A DNA stretch of 62,797 bases, the filler included, from Rhabdomonas costata (taxonomy: Eukaryota): the NCBI GenBank assembly GCA_019059605.1. It is 40 parts of 40 records of this genome, joined end to end, with 100 filler letters (N's around TTAATTAATTAA, not from the genome) between each part and the next. Parts side by side here need not be neighbours in the genome. Positions count along the whole stretch, not along the records: positions 61,333 to 62,797 come from JAHMHO010015051.1; 39 more parts are not named here. One strand, given 5' to 3'. The notes under the pieces were generated by a model. The model searched no databases. It was not told the origin of the DNA and was given only the letters and a program-made list of their open reading frames with translations. This document shows, in pieces, positions 62,273-62,797 of this stretch; the first letter of the stretch is position 1; the number at the start of each line of letters is the position of its first letter. A program made the translations under genes and the position numbers.

Positions 62273-62797
62273 ATGTATGCCAGTGTCCGTCCCCCCAAGG
62301 ACCCCAAGCAGACCGCAGTCCTCACCTCGGATGTCATCAATGAGGCCGAGCAGACGTTCAAGTCGATATGCAACGAGCAGGGTGAGTGTGCGTGCGTGTG
62401 TCTGCCTATTTGTGGATGCGAACATAGTTCAAGTAAGTTTCGATTCCGTATCATATGTTGCGTCAACAACGAGTCTCCTCACAGATCACAGAACGGTTTG
62501 GTGCCTAAAAAATTGAGCTTTTTGTTCAGGTTTGACCCTGATGGTCAGATTCTGTGGAGGAGCCTCTGATGCCCAACCAACGGACGATCATTTTCGACTT
62601 GGATTTGCATTTCAAAGGGCCCTTTGCAGGCCAGTATGATATATTCTTCGATTCCAGGAATTCCCCCGGAACTTGTTTTTGTCGCTTTTGGCCCACTGTT
62701 TTCTGCTGAGTATTCTCCTGTGCATTGCGTGCCAGGCCTGATCTCACAACTGGATATTATCAAGCTTCTCCGAAGCATGGGGATGAACCCAACCCCC
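62273..62797 (+). CDS. Calmodulin/myosin-light-chain-like EF-hand protein, N-terminus
   Basis: Exons 62273-62381 and 62736 to end: VLTSDVINEAEQTFKSICNEQG|LISQLDIIKLLRSMGMNPT parallels calmodulin LTEEQIAEFKEAF..GTITTKEL..MRSLGQNPT. The first loop is shortened. Confidence 0.75.

Noticed and set aside
1..62797. Nanochromosomes with telomeres, or an operon-like gene cluster
   Set aside because: End runs are non-repetitive and match a WGA primer, genes are truncated at contig ends, and the uniform length reflects size-ordered contigs.

Overview
This window is not contiguous DNA. It is 40 unrelated contigs of about 1.47 kb (1465-1477 bp) joined by an artificial 100-nt spacer (N44-TTAATTAATTAA-N44, stops in all six frames). 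The contigs come from an intron-rich eukaryote, most likely a euglenid (inference from GC-rich exons, an unusual GTNYGY 5' splice consensus, several GC-AG introns, AG acceptors just upstream of start codons, Cache-like receptor and class III cyclase fragments). Splicing the exons by hand gives partial genes for: STI1/TPR, Kelch, alpha/beta hydrolase, DNAJC21, dihydropyrimidinase, a ciliary MIP-like protein, a Cache-domain receptor, an EGF/laminin protein, an ARTC-type ADP-ribosyltransferase, XRN, ankyrin, a Cav-type channel, FIG4, an MBOAT/wax synthase, GBF1-like, PARP6/8-like, EEF1AKMT1-like, IPT/TIG, SAP, adenylate cyclase and EF-hand proteins. It also holds decayed Penelope-like and Ty3/Gypsy RT remnants, microsatellites and hairpins. 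Most contig ends carry G/T-only (5') or C/A-only (3') runs that match GenomePlex-type whole-genome-amplification primers. Most ORFs in the supplied track are spurious because they ignore introns. I found no multi-gene system, CRISPR array, rRNA or tRNA; neighbouring contigs are not linked, so gene-neighbourhood inference is invalid. All homology calls are from motif recognition, not database searches.
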